Positions 35,540-47,892 of a stretch of 55,350 nucleotides of DNA are shown one piece after another (position 1 is the first letter of the stretch; every line of letters begins with the position of its first letter). The DNA lies in contig NC_068996.1 in the NCBI RefSeq assembly GCF_001194135.2, positions 14,391,583-14,446,932 of the forward strand, given 5' to 3'. The stretch comes from Octopus bimaculoides (Eukaryota). Both the position numbers and the translations under genes were made by a program. The notes beneath the pieces were generated by a model. The model ran no database searches and was not told the DNA's origin. It was given only the letters and a program-made list of their open reading frames with translations.

Positions 35540-36400
35540 TATAAAAAAAAAACCAGAGCATACAACATAATGAAGTTAGATGAAGCATCCATTCTTCAGT
35601 GATTGATCAATTAAGTTATTTCTTCTCGGTCACCAGCAATTATCATTTCGGGGTCATTTTAAAGAATCCAATAATCATTGAAATTATAAAGAATGCTTAT
35701 ATTTCATCTGTAAATATGACAAAAAATCGACAAGCCGTCTTGATACAATTTCTGTCTTTCCAAGAATTCAGAACAACATGATCATTGCAGTTCAAAAAGT
35801 TATATTCAATGAAATAAAAAATATACTGAGGTAGGCTAAACTTCTAGCTATTCTTGTAGGTGAAACAGCTGCTATATTGAACTGTTTACAACTGTCAACT
35901 GTTTTGTGTTATTTTACTAAAGGTTGTGTTATTATAGAACGATTTATCAGTTTTAATGATGTTAGTGTAGATTGTTCAACAAATGCTTTATCTGCACTGA
36001 AACGTGGAAGTATGAAAACTAATTGCCCAAAACTATGACAATGTCCCTACAAAGGCAGGACAGTTAAATGGGTTGCAGTCAAAAGGAATATGAATAAGCA
36101 ATCTTTGTTTATTGTTGTTGTACTCATGTTCTAAATTTAGTTCTTTCACAAGCATGCTCTGCTATGAAAGAACGCAAGATATTTTTATCTACAATAAATG
36201 AACTGAGTACATTTTCTATGAACTAGATGAAACTACTCACGTCTTATTACTTCTAAAGAAAATTATAATTGCATGGTCAGCCTTTTTGAAAACATCATTG
36301 AAAATCATGAAACACGGAAAGAGAACTCAGTGAATTCTGTAATAGGATTCTTACATAATTTAAAAGCTTCCAATTTCTTATTTTTATTAAATTTAGTGAC
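35540..36400 (+). mobile_element. Decayed hAT transposase relic (ZMYM1-like)
   Basis: Reads, with stops, LAILVGETAAILNCLQLSTVL...IERFISF...LIAQNYDN...GQLNGLQSK...THVLNLVLSQAC. Resembles DETTD...EQLSxVLRY...ERFLGF...QxYDGASVMSG...CYAHxLNLVL. Confidence 0.65.
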
Positions 36401-36450
36401 ATATATTCATGTGTTTACATAAGTATGTATGTGTGACAGAGATACACACC

Positions 36451-36491
<41 letters not shown>

Positions 36492-36501
36492 NNNNNNNNN
36501 N

Positions 36502-36536
<35 letters not shown>

Positions 36537-37029
36537 TTTGCAGGATCCAATAAAATCAAGGTATTCTTATAATAACATCGCAGTAGAATCAAAAGACAAC
36601 ATATCCGTGTACCAAAGAGTATATATATACACACTCACCTACTTACCAGAGTATATACGGATTTGTCCTTCGAGTTACGCATACATCCACATGTATAGAC
36701 AAAAGACACTCAACATATACGTAAAAGTATACAAGAGTATACTTCAGCATGCAGTCCTTGAGCCAATGTTAGCTCAAAATTCAATTGGCACTGAGGTGAG
36801 AGAATCAATATGAATTCTATACTCTTTCTGTGAAAAATCTGAAAAGTTAAATTCTATCTTAATTTCAATTCACCTGAAAAAAACATTTCTTTTTTTTTTT
36901 TTCTTTTACTGGTGTAACTCATTTGCTCATCAAAACAAAAACAAAAAAACATCTGAAACAGGTGTAGTATATCTCAGGTCATTTATCATATAAATATATA
37001 TATATATATACATACACACATATACACAT

Positions 37030-37420
37030 AGGAGTGGCTGTGTGGTAAGTAGCTTGCTTACCAACCACATGGTTCTGGGTTCAGTCCCACTGCGAGGCAC
37101 CTGGGGCAAGTGTCTTCTACTATAGCCTCGGGCCGACCAAAGCCTTGTGAGTGGATTTGGTAGATGGAAACTGAAAGAAGCCTGTCGTATATATGTATAT
37201 ATATATATATATATACATACATATATATATATGTATGTATGTGTGTCTGTGTTTGTCCACCCACAATCGCTCGACAACCGATGCTGATGTGTTTACATCC
37301 CCGTAACTTAGCAGTTCAGTAAAAAGAGGCTTACAAAGAATAAGTCCTGGGGTCAATTTTCTCGACTAAAGGCGCTGCTCCAGCATGGCCGCAGTCAAAT
37401 GACTGAAACAAGTAAAAAGA
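37030..37420 (+). mobile_element. Family A SINE
   Basis: Complete copy ending tgactgaaacaagtaaaaaga(ga)n. Confidence 0.9.
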
Positions 37421-38345
37421 GAGAGAGAGAGAGAGATTGATTACTAAACAAATCATTTCTCTTCTTAACAAGTACAATTTTAACTTTAATGTATTTGGTA
37501 CAGATAATCTTGAGTATGTAGTTTCAGTGCTACAATTTTGGCCAAAGGTAAGAAATTCTTCATATCTTCCATAATTTGGTCTTTTGACTTTTGTTCTAAA
37601 TAAAGGATTGTACAATTATTTTAACACATTTTATGAATGTAATATAATCAGAATTGGTCTTTGTACATCTGTTTTAAAAAATAGGCCTGACTCAACAGAC
37701 TTATCGATACATTGATTAAAATAACAGCTAATTTAGATATAAATTACTATAATAATTTCTTTTTTTTTTTTAATTGCAGTATATGTTATTGTAGTATAAG
37801 TTGGAATTGGAGTTCACCATTTGTTTTTATTTCTCAATGTTTTTCACAATTGTTTCAAATTTATGTTTTAGAAACTCATTACAAATTAAACAAAAAGAGA
37901 CAATTTAATTTACCTTTGTAGGTCTGCCAGAATAGCTGTCTTACATAAATCAAAATTTCTCTTTTGCTTTTTTTTATATTATTTTTCTGCATTTTATAGT
38001 ATCTGAATCAACATAAATGGAAGAGGAGGAGTGGTCGCCAAAATATAACAATGACATTTGAATGATGATGATGATGATGCAGTGGAGAAATGGATGAATG
38101 AAAAACGATAAAATTATGAAGATAGCTGTTTACTTAGGTGATTATAATGTTGTTACAATATAAAACAAACAATGTCTTCGAGTTGTGTGTACATATTGTT
38201 TGTGAATGTAGTAGGATATTTTCGTGGATCTGTGGTGCATTCTGTATAGGAGCTAGCTAAATTCCTATGCTGCTGTAGATAGAGCGAGAATATGAATTTT
38301 AATTCACGTGTGAAACAGCTGTAGTGAACCTCAACCCATTTGTGT

Positions 38346-38405
<60 letters not shown>

Positions 38406-38880
38406 AGAGAGTAAAAATGATATAGGTAGCTAGAGATAAAAGTTCTACCCTCGCACAAATAGGGAGCAAAAGTTTGCTCCTCAGCCACCAGTCAAATGAC
38501 CGAAAGTGTGAGTCTTAACATTTCACTGGATATTTATAAAGTTTGGCAATAAAGTAGGTCAAGCTGAAACAAAAGATTGACCTTTCCATGACCACAGAAG
38601 GTCACAGATGTCAACTCCTTCTCATCAATTTTCAAGTGCAGAGAGGAGAAAACAAAAGACTTCAAATTTATTAGACAATTACTAAAGATATGGACTAGTT
38701 TAAAATCTTCTTAGCTACTGTGTCTGGTCCCTAGAATATCCCACATTTCAAAACACTTACAGGCAGACATTCTTTAAAACTTTTCAATCCTTGCTTTTAT
38801 GTATGTCTACCCATGTCCTCATCCTACCTTCAGAACACAAGCTACCACTATTTTTTTTTTATTTCTTATTTTCATGTAGT

Positions 38881-39050
38881 ATTCCACATTTTGAAACATA
38901 GTATTCTTACTGAAAAATATTTGGAAAAGCCATTATGCATAAATTAGAATTTCTATCTTTTGAGAGGGATTCTAATTGTCAAAATTAAAAAGAGGAAGTA
39001 CGAAATTTTTTCTCTAAAATGTGTATTAGAAATGTTTCAAAATGTGGAAT
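38881..39050. mobile_element. 170-bp fold-back / MITE-like element
   Basis: Perfect 19-bp inverted repeats attccacattttgaaacat / atgtttcaaaatgtggaat, plus an inner aattagaat / attctaatt pair. Confidence 0.6.
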
Positions 39051-39229
39051 TCTATGACATTAAAAATATATTGTGTAACGTACTATGAACAACAAAACAT
39101 AGCTTACAGTTTGACTAATTTCCTTTGCCAAGCAATAAAAGTATGTTTCTTGCTTAGGTTTGCTTCATCAAAGATTAAAATTTGGTTCAAGGGTTATTAT
39201 TTATAAGACAACTAAAAGCAGGTACAAAA

Positions 39230-40544
39230 GAGGAATCAGTAGCTCATGTTTGAGCAATAGATGGGACACCATCAATGGTAAGTTGTCATCGCACCTTTAT
39301 CAACTTACTGTAAAAGTTATACCTGGTGTGTTTACAGTGCATTCCATAATCCACAGACAATATTTGGCTGTAGGTAGGCTTAACAAATTAACAAGCAGTT
39401 TTATCCGCAGTAAATATAATCACGGCACATGCTCTCAATTCCCTCATTGTTTCAATAGCTTTGTACTGAGAATGATAAAGATTATGAACATTTGTTGTTG
39501 CATACAGAAGTTCAGGGGGGAAACTGCCTGAAACTTTCTATTCCTTTTTTTAGAAAATTGTTGAATCCTTGCAAGATGTATTCTGTTCTTTGATAAACCA
39601 AGATATTACTAAGATATAACCAAGATAAACGATATTCTATTCTGTGATAAACCAAGAAACATTGCTTTTATGGCTGATATATTCACAAAGTTCAATGAAG
39701 TTAATTTGCAACTGCAAAGGAAATGAGGTTAAACCTTTTCAAAGTAAAACTAGCCCTCTCCATGTTTCTGTCCAAGTTATAGCTATTCAAATTTAACATA
39801 AGCCTTCGTTAGTTCTCACAGTTTCCAAGTCTCTCTGAATTGGAGAAGGAAAAGTGCATTCCAGATGATATTCAAGAGTATTGTTCATGCTTGGATAAGC
39901 TGTACAGAGATATGTCTAATAAACTTCAGGATATCTATTTTTTATTAAAATACCAGTCTGGATGATTCCTAGATATCAGTAGCGAGGACAAGAACAGTGG
40001 AGAAAGAACTGATTTCACTTTAAAAGGATATTGAGTTAAGACCAAAGTTCAAAAAATCATATCAGGATTTTTGATTGCAAAAGGATATTTCTGACTTCTA
40101 TCCTGCACTGTGGAACAAAGTCAAGATTTATTTTATTGCCTTCCCAACATCATATTCAATAAAGTAGGTCTCTCCAGTACAGCTACCTAGCTTCCTTCTA
40201 AGCAAAGTAATACCAGACTGAAAAATATTGAATGTAGGGGTCTAAGACTGCTTTTTAGTACCTTCCAGCCAGATGTCAAGAAGCTGATATCTCTGCACAA
40301 TGTCCAGTTATCGCATTGAAAATATGAAAACAACATAGTTACAGGTCAGACATAAATTTAATCTTTCGTATTGTAAGAACAACAAATTAATGAGTTAATT
40401 AGGTTAAGTTTTATTAATGAAATACAATTGTTTTGAATTTGCAGTAGAAAGTCTATATTTATTGTGCACTGTGTGGGAAAGGGCACTGAGAGTGTGTCGT
40501 GGGTGCCAAGGGGACGGCAGTTTGAAAAAGTTTGGAAGCCACTG
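39230..40544 (+). mobile_element. hAT (Buster/SCAND3-like) 3' half with right TIR
   Basis: VIPGVFTVHSIIHRQYL, AHALNS, NIAFMADIFTKFNEVNLQLQG and YPALWNKVKIYFIAFPTSY. Ends gtttggaagccactg. Confidence 0.8.
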
Positions 40545-40684
40545 CTCAACAAAGATGTTATGATGGACAAACAAATGGACTGCATCTTCTCTTTTATAAT
40601 ATAAAATTGTAATGTCATTTCAACAGTAATTAGGAATTAATATTAAGTCCTTGCTTTCCTTTTTATCAATATCATTATTGTTAT

Positions 40685-41220
40685 TATTATTGTGTGAGAG
40701 AGCAGTGCATGCCATCAAAATGACACAGGGGTACAAATGTATGAAGCCCAATAAACCTATCATGACTACCCGTCTGATAAGGGTATACCAGGCACATGCA
40801 TCACAACCATATGTGCGCGACATGGTAATCTCATATCAAGATAAACAGTGCATGACCTCGCAGGTAGGGCCCAGTTAGAATTTTCGAGTAGCACAGCCTG
40901 CTCAAAAGGTCCCTGAATAAGGGTTGTTTAAAGATGTTGAACAAAACACCCATGTTTCCAAAGGTGAATTATTCAAACCCCAAAAAATTCCGCTCAACAC
41001 ATGGTTATGATGCTCCTCCACTATTTCTGCTTGTGATCAGAGATGCACATATCATCAGCCACCAAGGGATATGATCAACTGGTTAAGGTCAAACAACTGA
41101 CAAGCAAATCTGTGGTATTGAGTATTATAAAGAAAACAAAACATGTACATGATAACACTTCCAATCAGTTAAAATCAGAAGCCATGAGAGCCACTGCCTG
41201 GTACTGCATCAGGGCATTTA
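40685..41220 (-). repeat. Non-coding interspersed repeat bounded by (ATT)n tracts; probable LINE 3' UTR or non-autonomous element
   Basis: About 530 bp between two (ATT)n runs. On the minus strand it ends ...gcactgctctctcacacaataataat. Family assignment is inference. Confidence 0.45.
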
Positions 41221-41249
41221 TAATCATTATTATTATCATTATTACTATT

Positions 41250-41665
41250 TAGTAGTCTTATTTTTATCACATGATTTTGCTGCATTATCAAGTGCAGTTC
41301 TGTATGCCTTGGGTATGTGCATTGGTTTGTTGTGATGCTTTCGTTTTTACTATACTGATAGTGTTTTAGGTAGGATTTGTGCGGTGCCTAGTGGTTATTT
41401 TCTGTATGTTATGTATAGCTGTTAGTCCTGGTGTTTTTGTTATGTATTTGAATATTTTTTTATTATACTTAATGCACTTACTATGATAAGAATTGTTTTC
41501 TGTTTTTAAACTCCACATTCAAGTTACCTCTAGTTTCAGATCTTTGTATTTTGAAAGTTTCTCCATTTCTTTTAGAGAAATGTTGTCATCTGTTGGTATT
41601 GATACATTGATTAGAAAGCATTTTTATTCTTGATGATCTCTGACAACTATATCCGGCCTATTGAC
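41250..41665 (-). mobile_element. 5'-truncated R4/Dong-clade LINE (REL endonuclease tail and 3' UTR)
   Basis: NRPDIVVRDHQE*KCFLINVSIPTDDNISLKEMEKLSKYKDLKLEV matches the R4/Dong PD...D...EKxxKYxDL motif. Ends in (AAT)n. Homologous to 55093-55350. Confidence 0.8.
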
Positions 41666-41730
41666 CTTTGTTATTACTATTGTTGTTGTTATTATTATTA
41701 TTGTTGTTGTTGTTAATTGTAGAATATTCT

Positions 41731-41897
41731 TTATATTTTTTCTTTTCGTAGTTCTGCATCAAGCAGTTTTCCCCAGACTTTGTTGAAGGGATGAACAAAT
41801 ACAGTCGCTTCCTCATTCTTGTTGTACATTGGACGATGTTCATTGCCCCATTTGAACAGGGATCCCTCTACATTGAACACATTAATATTTGTGATTC
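41731..41897 (-). CDS. Rhodanese-like protein, last coding exon (4 of 4)
   Basis: Acceptor tttctttttactcag, phase 1. Encodes (G)ITNINVFNVEGSLFKWGNEHRPMYNKNEEATVFVHPFNKVWGKLLDAELRKEKI*, with TAA at 41733-41731. 167 nt = 2 + 55 codons. Confidence 0.9.
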
Positions 41898-42124
41898 CTG
41901 AGTAAAAAGAAAGGAAAAATCAAACATCGGTAAGAAATTATGAACAATGAAGGGGAATATATCATTGATTCACACATATGGGTAATTTGATTGGGAACTA
42001 TTGTTGTTGCTGCCTACAGTTGCTTCAGGAGATAGAGAGAGAGAGAGACTTATTTTTTTGGTGTGTTTTACTATATAAACGTTACCAACTGCCTACTCTG
42101 AGTAATTACTGATGGCACTGATGG

Positions 42125-42164
<40 letters not shown>

Positions 42165-42739
42165 ATAATATTATTAGGGACAAAATCCAAAATTACAGGT
42201 AAAAAACTCAATTTATTATGTTATNNNNNNNNNNNNNNNNNNNNNNNNNNNNNNNNNNNNNNNNNNNNNNNNNNNNNNNNNNNNNNNNNNNNNNNNNNNN
42301 NNNNNNNNNNNNNNNNNNNNNNNNNNNNNNNNNNNNNNNNNNNNNNNNNNNNNNNNNNNNNNNNNNNNNNNNNNNNNNNNNNNNNNNNNNNNNNNNNNNN
42401 NNNNNNNNNNNNNNNNNNNNNNNNNNNNNNNNNNNNNNNNNNNNNNNNNNNNNNNNNNNNNNNNNNNNNNNNNNNNNNNNNNNNNNNNNNNNNNNNNNNN
42501 NNNNNNNNNNNNNNNNNNNNNNNNNNNNNNNNNNNNNNNNNNNNNNNNNNNNNNNNNNNNNNNNNNNNNNNNNNNNNNNNNNNNNNNNNNNNNNNNNNNN
42601 NNNNNNNNNNNNNNNNNNNNNNNNNNNNNNNNNNNNNNNNNNNNNNNNNNNNNNNNNNNNNNNNNNNNNNNNNNNNNNNNNNNNNNNNNNNNNNNNNNNN
42701 NNNNNNNNNNNNNNNTATATATATACAAATACAAAGCTG

Positions 42740-42925
42740 CATAAAAAGCATGCAGCACAATTTGTAGAGCGGTTGGCTTTAGGAAAGACATCCAGCTGTA
42801 GAAACCAAACCACATCAGATTAAAACCCGATGCAGCACTTCCGCTTACCAGCTCTGGTCAAACCCTCCAACCCATGCCTGTACAGAAAACAGACAGTATA
42901 TGATGATGATGGTGATGATGATGAT
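42740..42925 (+). mobile_element. Family D interspersed repeat (3' part)
   Basis: ggttggctttaggaaagacatccagctgtagaaacc...ccaacccatgc...(tga)n. The reverse complement occurs at 47893. Confidence 0.7.
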
Positions 42926-43001
42926 ATATTATATTAAGTAATAAGTAGTTCTAGCACCTTAGCACAAGAAGATTAAAGGAGCTTTAAATAAGAGAACTTG
43001 C

Positions 43002-43088
43002 CTTCACTAGCAAAGAAGTCCAGCATCCTGGTGCCAAGTAACGATGACCGATATCCTACTGAGCAATAGCACGCAAATGTGAGTGGTT
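43002..43088 (-). CDS. Rhodanese-like protein, exon 3 (active-site loop)
   Basis: Acceptor tttcctttcatag. 87 nt, phase 1 to phase 1. Encodes (E)PLTFACYCSVGYRSSLLGTRMLDFFASE(G). Donor is GAAG|gcaagt (GC). Confidence 0.9.
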
Positions 43089-43491
43089 CTATGAAAGGAA
43101 AAACAAAATAGAAAAAGATAGCAATCATTATTAATTAATACCAGGTCTTTACCCTTTGCAACGTTGCCATCGTTAATCATGCACATACCTTCTTTTAATT
43201 GTAGACTATTATATAGCAAGTTTCGTTAGTTACTATGAAAACACTCTACCTATCTACTTATCATTCACACACACAAATCCTCTCTCCCTATTTCACTGTA
43301 TTTCTTACTCTCTCTCTCTCTCAACAACAGGCTGTTTTTGTTTTTGTTTTTTGTTTTTTTTTCTTTTCTTGAGACAAATTTAAACTCTCTCTCTCTCTCT
43401 CTCTCTCAGTGAGTTTCCCCTCTCAGCAACAATAACCTGTCATTATAGTGAAGTCTTTTTTTCTAAAGTCTGTGTTGTATTGTTTATGTTG

Positions 43492-43527
<36 letters not shown>

Positions 43528-43859
43528 CCCAAAATTAACTATATTGTTGTATAATGAAAATCATTTTTTTCCTGTGAAGTTTGTGTCATGTAATGTTGAT
43601 AAACCTGCACTTAAACTTCAAAGTTGCACATANNNNNNNNNNAAAAAGGGTTTTGTATGATTGTGTATAGAGGAATATATTATTTAAAAGAGTTCCAACT
43701 CTGTCTGTTTTTTATGTTTCATTTATATTCTTGTAAAATTAATGTGGGATATAGAATATGGGGTATATAATATAATTAGTAAAATGAAATGAAGTATTGG
43801 ATGTCTTATTGAATATATGAAATATTGAGTATTAAATATATAAGGACATTAAATATATA

Positions 43860-46760
43860 AGGACTAGTATACTTTCCGGCCTCATGGCATTCATCAAGGT
43901 CTGCACATATACAAAAACAGGCATACCAACAATCCAGCATACTTCTGTCATCAGCTGCCCCACGGATAACATTATGGTTTCGACACCTGAGCAGTACCAT
44001 TCAATCAGGTGGTGTGAACAGCACTAAAATAAGTGTTGTTTGAGAACAAACATACCAAAGAAACCACAACTTTCAAACACATTTACCCTATGTACAACCA
44101 TATCGGTAAATAAATTCAATAAGCAAATTACAGCCAACTATTAAATACATAACTAAACAGCGACCAATCCATTAAATAGGAACTAATAAAAGTACTTGTA
44201 ATTAACTATTATTATAAAACCTTGCTATGTTTAAAGCTAATTAAAACTGTTTAAAAGATGATAAAACTACAAGTATTAACACTTACATGTTTTATCAGAC
44301 ATGCGGTTCCATGACCAAGAATTTTAAGACTATCTTAACTATTAATGATATAGTGCATAATTAATACTTCCTCAGCTGTCTCAAACAATATTTGTGACGT
44401 AGTAAGCAAATAACCCGAATCATAAGCTTTAAAATCCTTACAAATATTTGCTAAGCTGAAGACTAGATATTACCCCATATCTATTTAAAATTTCAAGTTT
44501 CCCACCTAAACAGCGATTAAAAGTTTTAACTAATTTATGTATTTATAACCTTGTTTTACTAAATGTCTTAACAGTTTATTTATTCTTTCCAAAAATTTAT
44601 TAGCATTATTAATAATAGTATTATATTTAACGGTTTGCCCTGTAAAAACTCCATAACCGATAAAAGAAGGAATTCTAATACTGAACCATGGCATTGAAAC
44701 CAGCAGGAGACCAAAATTTTCTGTTTTATTATAGACGTCAGTACATATTTCATTATTATTTTTAATTACTAGACTGACATCTGAATAATTAATATTTTTT
44801 ATGTTGTTACCATTTCTGGTGGCTATAAGCTTACTAGGGTATATTTTACTGAGTAGAAATTCAAAGAAACCATAATTAGGTATAAATAAGTCATTTATGT
44901 ATCTACGGCATCCATCAGGTTGTTTTAGCAAACCCATCTTTTTCCTTGCACTTAGGTCTTTAAGAAAAAGGAGCTCACATGAAGAAAGATAAAGGTCTGC
45001 CAATAGGGGGTTACAATTGCCACCCATTATAATTCCAATAACCTGATCAAACACCCTACCAGCAAACATTACAAACGAATTATTAATAATAAAACTAACC
45101 ATTTCTTTCATCTTTCTTCTACTTATATCCCTTATAACAACAATTAGACAAGAAACCATTACCATTCTTTAGAGATATATATTTATATCCTTTATTAAAA
45201 ATAATATCTAATATTCTAAAAATACCATCTTCCACACATTTAAGATTTAAGTTTGTATATAGTGTTAAAAAATCACACACATACAAACTCTTAACTTTCT
45301 TACATTTGATCAACCTATCCAGAAATTCCTCAGTTGATATAACACTTCAAAAATAATTAATTCCTGAACGGTTCTAAATTTTGGCACAATATTTTTTTTA
45401 ATTGCAGCATGGAAGGTGTTTATGAGTCATTTAAGAAACACACAAAAACCATTAGATTCACTTCGACATTTAAATTTAATTTGTCAAAATATTTTCGTCG
45501 CTTTCAGACCATGACCTGTTCACTGACAAAATTCCATGCTGCATCAAAGTGACAAAAATATTTTGGCAAATTACATTTAAATGTTGAAGTGAATCTAACA
45601 GTTTTCGAGTGTTTCTTAAATGACTTATAAACACCATCCACGCTGCAATTGTTTTCATTCCAGCACACAATCTCAGATCAGGTCACTTGCTATGCAAGTA
45701 CATCTCTGTAATTTTTAAAAATATTTTCTAACAACTTTTAAAGCCTCATTAATCAATACAGATAGCTGTTTATTTGTACAATTACTAGCTCCTGCTTTTA
45801 AAAGGAACCTTATGTAGTTGAGGAATCCAAAAAAGTTTAGGGATATTTTTATCCTTTTCTTCCACTTCTAAACCACTCAATCTTTCTACTGTGGATATCA
45901 GTCAATTAAGTAATTCATTAACGTTTTCTGGTATTACTTATAAACTTAAACTTCTTATCCACTCCTAACTCTTTACCTATAACCATCATGTAATATTTTT
46001 TTACAAATTACAACAAAATTTTCTGCTGCTTTATCTGCTGGTACTATCACATACTTTTCATGTAATTCATTTGTATATTCTTTAACTGGTGGCTTATTCA
46101 GGACTGAATTTTTCCCTATCCACTTATCATATTTCTTTAAATGTTTAACTACCATATGAGTTAATTTGCTAGCCCAGCTATTGAACTTCTCCAATTTAAC
46201 CTTATATTTGAGACATAAATTAACTATGCATCATTAATGGCTTTTAATATAACTTACTTTAAATTATATTTACTAATTTTACCTTGTTCTCTGTATTTTG
46301 TCCCTTTACTCATAATCTCCCTCAGTTCCTTATTTTTAATAGTATCCAAATTTCCTGTATTAACATTCCCAATTTCTTTATAATCACATTCACAATCTCA
46401 TAAGTACATTTCTTTCAAACCTTCAAGACTGATATTAGATAGGAGCTTACTATAATTAAATAAGCTATTACATATCTTCTCACCAAGCTTATAACAAATC
46501 TTAACATTTACATGTCTAACACTTTCCAGCAAAATGTTTTTTGTTTTATCATTTCTAATTACATTACTTAAATTAACATCATCAATGAAATTACAAACAT
46601 ATGGTATTTTTAAAAATTCAACTCTAACATTATTGGTTTTCACTTTAGCCTTTTTCATTAACCTATTACAAAACCTATCCACTAAAAACTGACTTCAGAT
46701 AACTCTCTAAGGCATTATATATGGAGTAACTCTCCATTATATCTTTAAGTTTGACATAAG
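43860..46760 (-). mobile_element. Decayed Penelope-like retroelement (Naiad-type) in intron 2
   Basis: ORF pieces include LKIPYV...KICNSLFNY, CEC...GNVNTGNL..IKNKELREIMSKGTKYRE, YVIVPADKAAENFVVICKK, DFLTLYTNL and GIIMGGNCNPLLADLYL...RYINDL...YNKTENF...GYGVFTGQ. These resemble PLE RT of the Naiad type. GIY-YIG domain not seen. Confidence 0.8.
43862..43901 (-). ncRNA. Degenerate minimal type I hammerhead ribozyme motif
   Basis: Minus strand GAC-CUUGAUGA-AUGCC-AUGA-GGCCG-GAA-AGUAUACU-A-GUC. Stem I GAC/GUC, stem II GCC/GGC, palindromic stem III AGUAUACU, CUA cleavage triplet. Deviates from the consensus core by extra bases. Confidence 0.5.
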
Positions 46761-47627
46761 AACATTTAAAAAATGGAGAGGCATATGATGAAAGAATTTA
46801 TTCACCAATTGACAGCCATACAACTACGATTGTTTTGTAGCCTTTATCATATAAAAACAATTTATTTTAGTGTATAATAAATAATAAATGATTTTACATG
46901 CCTGTATTAATGTATATAATATAAATTACATAATTCAGTTATATAATTTATAAATTAATAGAAGTAAAAAGGCTTGCTCATCAGGTCAAAGAATACCATA
47001 ATTACTTTACTTTTCTTTCATCGATACAATACATATATATATACACACACACAGTCAATATTTGAAATATTCATATTATGGAAGACAATAAGTACACAGT
47101 GAAAAATAGTATATTAAGTCAAGATGTAACTGTAACATAACATAATACCTGAGATGACTACAATCTTATATTATAAAAGAGATGATCTCTGCTTGTCTGT
47201 CCATAACAACATCTGTGTGGAGGGAGGGAAGAAGGAGACAAACAACAGGAGAGATAACCCCTGTCACAACATATATTTAGGAGAAATACAATGACAGGCA
47301 GAATTTTAAGTGCAAGTCTGTCAACACAACAACATAACACAGACTTCACAAAAAGGCTATATGTATATATATGATATATAAACTTATTTCTTTTTGATTG
47401 TTTGTGCGCATGTTTTTTCTGTGTCTTTCAACATATGGACAACACATAACAGACTTAATAAAAATACTTTCACTTCGAACGATTTATGAAGGTACCTGAA
47501 TGATTAACAAATATCTTTACTGGCAGTGTAATATCAGGTAAACAGACAAGTTAAAAATTGAAATTAAATTCTGAAAATCAGAATTAGGATTTGAAATTAT
47601 TGACAATAAATTTCATTTCAAGAAAAC

Positions 47628-47745
47628 CTTTTGAATCTGGGGTAGTAAATGAATTCACAAATTGTCCAATATTTTCTATGTTGTGATCAACTCTTGTAGA
47701 ATTCTTCAAGTGACTGACCTCATATTCTTCAAGCGGCCGTACATC
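47628..47745 (-). CDS. Rhodanese-like protein, exon 2
   Basis: Acceptor ctctttttataacag. 118 nt, phase 0 to phase 1. Encodes DVRPLEEYEVSHLKNSTRVDHNIENIGQFVNSFTTPDSK, with the rhodanese DVRxxxEYxxSHL motif. Donor AAG|gttttc. Confidence 0.9.
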
Positions 47746-47892
47746 CTGTTATAAAAAGAGTAGCATTTGATATGTATTCAAAAAGAATTAAAAACAACAA
47801 ACACAAAATGTAATAACTTAGAAAATGTCAAATGTGCATTGTGGAACTGCAGTGGTCTGCAAGGAATTTTTATGAGCAACTCAATGGGCACT

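Noticed and set aside
43930-43995. SECIS element or second hammerhead in the Penelope 3' region (gaaaccataat...ctgatgacag on the minus strand)
   Set aside because: The stem after AUGA is only 3 bp, far short of a SECIS helix II. The hammerhead stems I and II do not pair, and the motif is not kept in the 48558 copy.
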